The translations under genes and the position numbers were made by a program. A DNA stretch of 62,718 nt, filler included, from Choristocarpus tenellus KU-1152 (taxonomy: Eukaryota > Protista > Phaeophyceae): NCBI GenBank assembly GCA_964200185.2. It is 9 parts of 9 records of this genome, joined end to end, with 100 filler letters (N's around TTAATTAATTAA, not from the genome) between each part and the next. Parts side by side here need not be neighbours in the genome. Positions count along the whole stretch, not along the records: positions 50,158 to 62,718 come from CAXNAD020001789.1; 8 more parts are not named here. One strand, 5' to 3'. The notes beneath the pieces were generated by a model. The model saw only the letters and a program-made list of their open reading frames with translations. It searched no databases and was not told the DNA's origin. Shown here in pieces: positions 60,857 through 62,718 of the stretch (the first letter of the stretch is position 1; the number at the start of each line of letters is the position of its first letter).

Positions 60857-62718
60857 CGTGAATGTTTAGTGTCAAAAGCAACGCAGTATGTAACAGAAAA
60901 AATCTACCCATACAATCCTAACCCTCAATAATCAAGGAAATATACTAATTGTTAGTAACACAAGAAGTCATTCAAAACGTTTGAAACAATCTGAAGCCAC
61001 ACAGATCTAAGTAGACATTGACAAGTGAGATGCAACCATGTTGACACAGATTACTTTAAAGACAAGGTCAAGAGGCAGAAACCAGAACATTTACACAAGT
61101 AAAACCAAAACTACTCACCCCTTCTCCAAGTCAAAATGCCGATTTCTGGAACATTTGTCAACCCTCTAAGATTGAGAGTTTTCAGGTTATGCAGATTTCC
61201 CAGTGATGCGGAAATGGTTCCTGTTTTAAAATGTATTACATTCATATCATTCAATAGCATACAGATAAATCAATAAATGATTACCACATTTACACACGTA
61301 CAGTCATAAGCAACAAAATAAAAAATAAAACAAAAAAAAGTTACATCAAGAAATTAGTGACTCCAACATGATTTACTTACTGCACAGTTTTGTTGACAAA
61401 GTAACGATACTCACATGATGTATCCTAGCAACACACCAACAACAACTGGAGTTTATTATCTGAAACGATAGGTGTATGACACAAATTAAAACACAAAAAT
61501 ATAGTCTCAAAATGACACCGAAATGCATTCTATATGCAAAAATCTTGAATGGTGCTCTACTTATGTTAATGGTTAGCTTTCACTACATAGTAATAACACT
61601 GAATCATACCAAGAGCACCTTTCATCACATACCGAACAAATTATTGAGTACTGGAAAAATAGGATATTCTCTCTACAGGCGGTTAAAATGATATTACTAT
61701 TCAACCTAACTTACCTAAATTGTATCAATTTGTATCAGTGCAAGTCCACATGTACGTACAACTCTACCAGCTCAGAAGCGCAGGCATACTTGTCATGTTC
61801 CTTGAATGGTTTCGTAATCTCTACCGGCCCCCTTACATTTAGCAACACCCAACAAGGTGTAATTTCTCAACATATGTTGTGCCAGTGACTTACCAAAGAA
61901 TACAGAAACTACAGACCAATTTTTTCTATGAGACAAATACTAGTGCAGAAAAGTATAATATTTTGCTACTGGACACTACTGTGTGACGTCTAAACATGCA
62001 AGGCTGGTCAGATTCTTCAGTGCCAGACATAAACATTCTGTTTGCAATCATTTCAGTACCAGTCCATGTCCACCTACCACACACAGTCTAACTTTTTCCC
62101 TTGTATATCCGGACCATGACCCCCCACCAGTTCATTTTTTTTCTGGTGTGCCCGGACCATGTCCACAACATGTTCTACAAATCCAGTTGTCGGTTTCATT
62201 TGGCCTTTCCATGCGAATAGTAAAAATGTGTTGGACATATGAAAGGATAAGCAATACTCCATTATGTGTATATAGAGCACTCTAATTATCTCCAGACCTC
62301 CTTTTGGTTCGAAATCATGAGGAACTTACACTTCTGCATATATCATTATACCCTCTAATAATTTGGAGTTGTTTGAAGGAAAAAACCAAAGTTATATCAC
62401 ACGGACTAATGTGAATGTAAGAGTTGTCGTGAATGTGAAAGATGTCTCTCTATAATATATTTAAGATTTTAATATCTTCTATACTAAAAGCGCTCCCTTA
62501 AAGCTTGGAAATTACAATGTTAAGTGTACATTGCTGCTATTCCTCCAACCTATCTCACCCTTACACAACTGGGTGAGGAGCTAGGAAACAATCCCAATAA
62601 TCGGACAGGCCCCTCCTTGCCCATCTCGTTAGTGTCTCTAGCTTGAAACCATGAAACTATCTCGAGAGAATCACTTGTATAGTGACAGACACTATCTGTC
62701 ATAAGCGGGATATGATTG

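Noticed and set aside
60831-60940. Functional tRNA gene
   Set aside because: Only a T-arm/B-box is recognisable; no proper D-arm or anticodon arm could be folded.

Overview
This is eukaryotic, intron-rich, repeat-rich genomic DNA, not one continuous locus. It consists of nine assembly contigs (1-5535, 5636-9095, 9196-14219, 14320-21352, 21453-25363, 25464-31810, 31911-35735, 35836-50057, 50158-62718) joined by artificial 100-nt linkers (N44-TTAATTAATTAA-N44). GT-AG introns, TTAGGG repeats and LRR-Roc-COR (ROCO) sequences suggest a stramenopile, probably a brown alga or close relative (inference). Spliced genes I could reconstruct by eye are: BUB1/MAD3 kinase (5' part) head-to-head with an FKBP-TPR membrane immunophilin, an annexin (5' part), a sulfotransferase (3' part), a USP9X/USP24-like deubiquitinase fragment, a RanBP2-zinc-finger protein with a PIP-box-like motif, and three proteins of unknown function. 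Mobile DNA comprises a full-length decayed chromodomain-bearing Gypsy element (53232-60512, ATTA target duplication), two abundant related MITE families that share an AAAGTATCT terminal core and often have 3-bp TSDs, Harbinger-like transposase relics, a Copia-like gag relic and many minisatellites. The most notable observations are a head-to-head inverted duplication of a ROCO GTPase exon that could form a long hairpin, the paired MITE system, a CpG-rich/CpG-poor mosaic and intronic telomere-like repeats. No CRISPR array or rRNA is present. All protein assignments come from motif recognition only; no searches were run.
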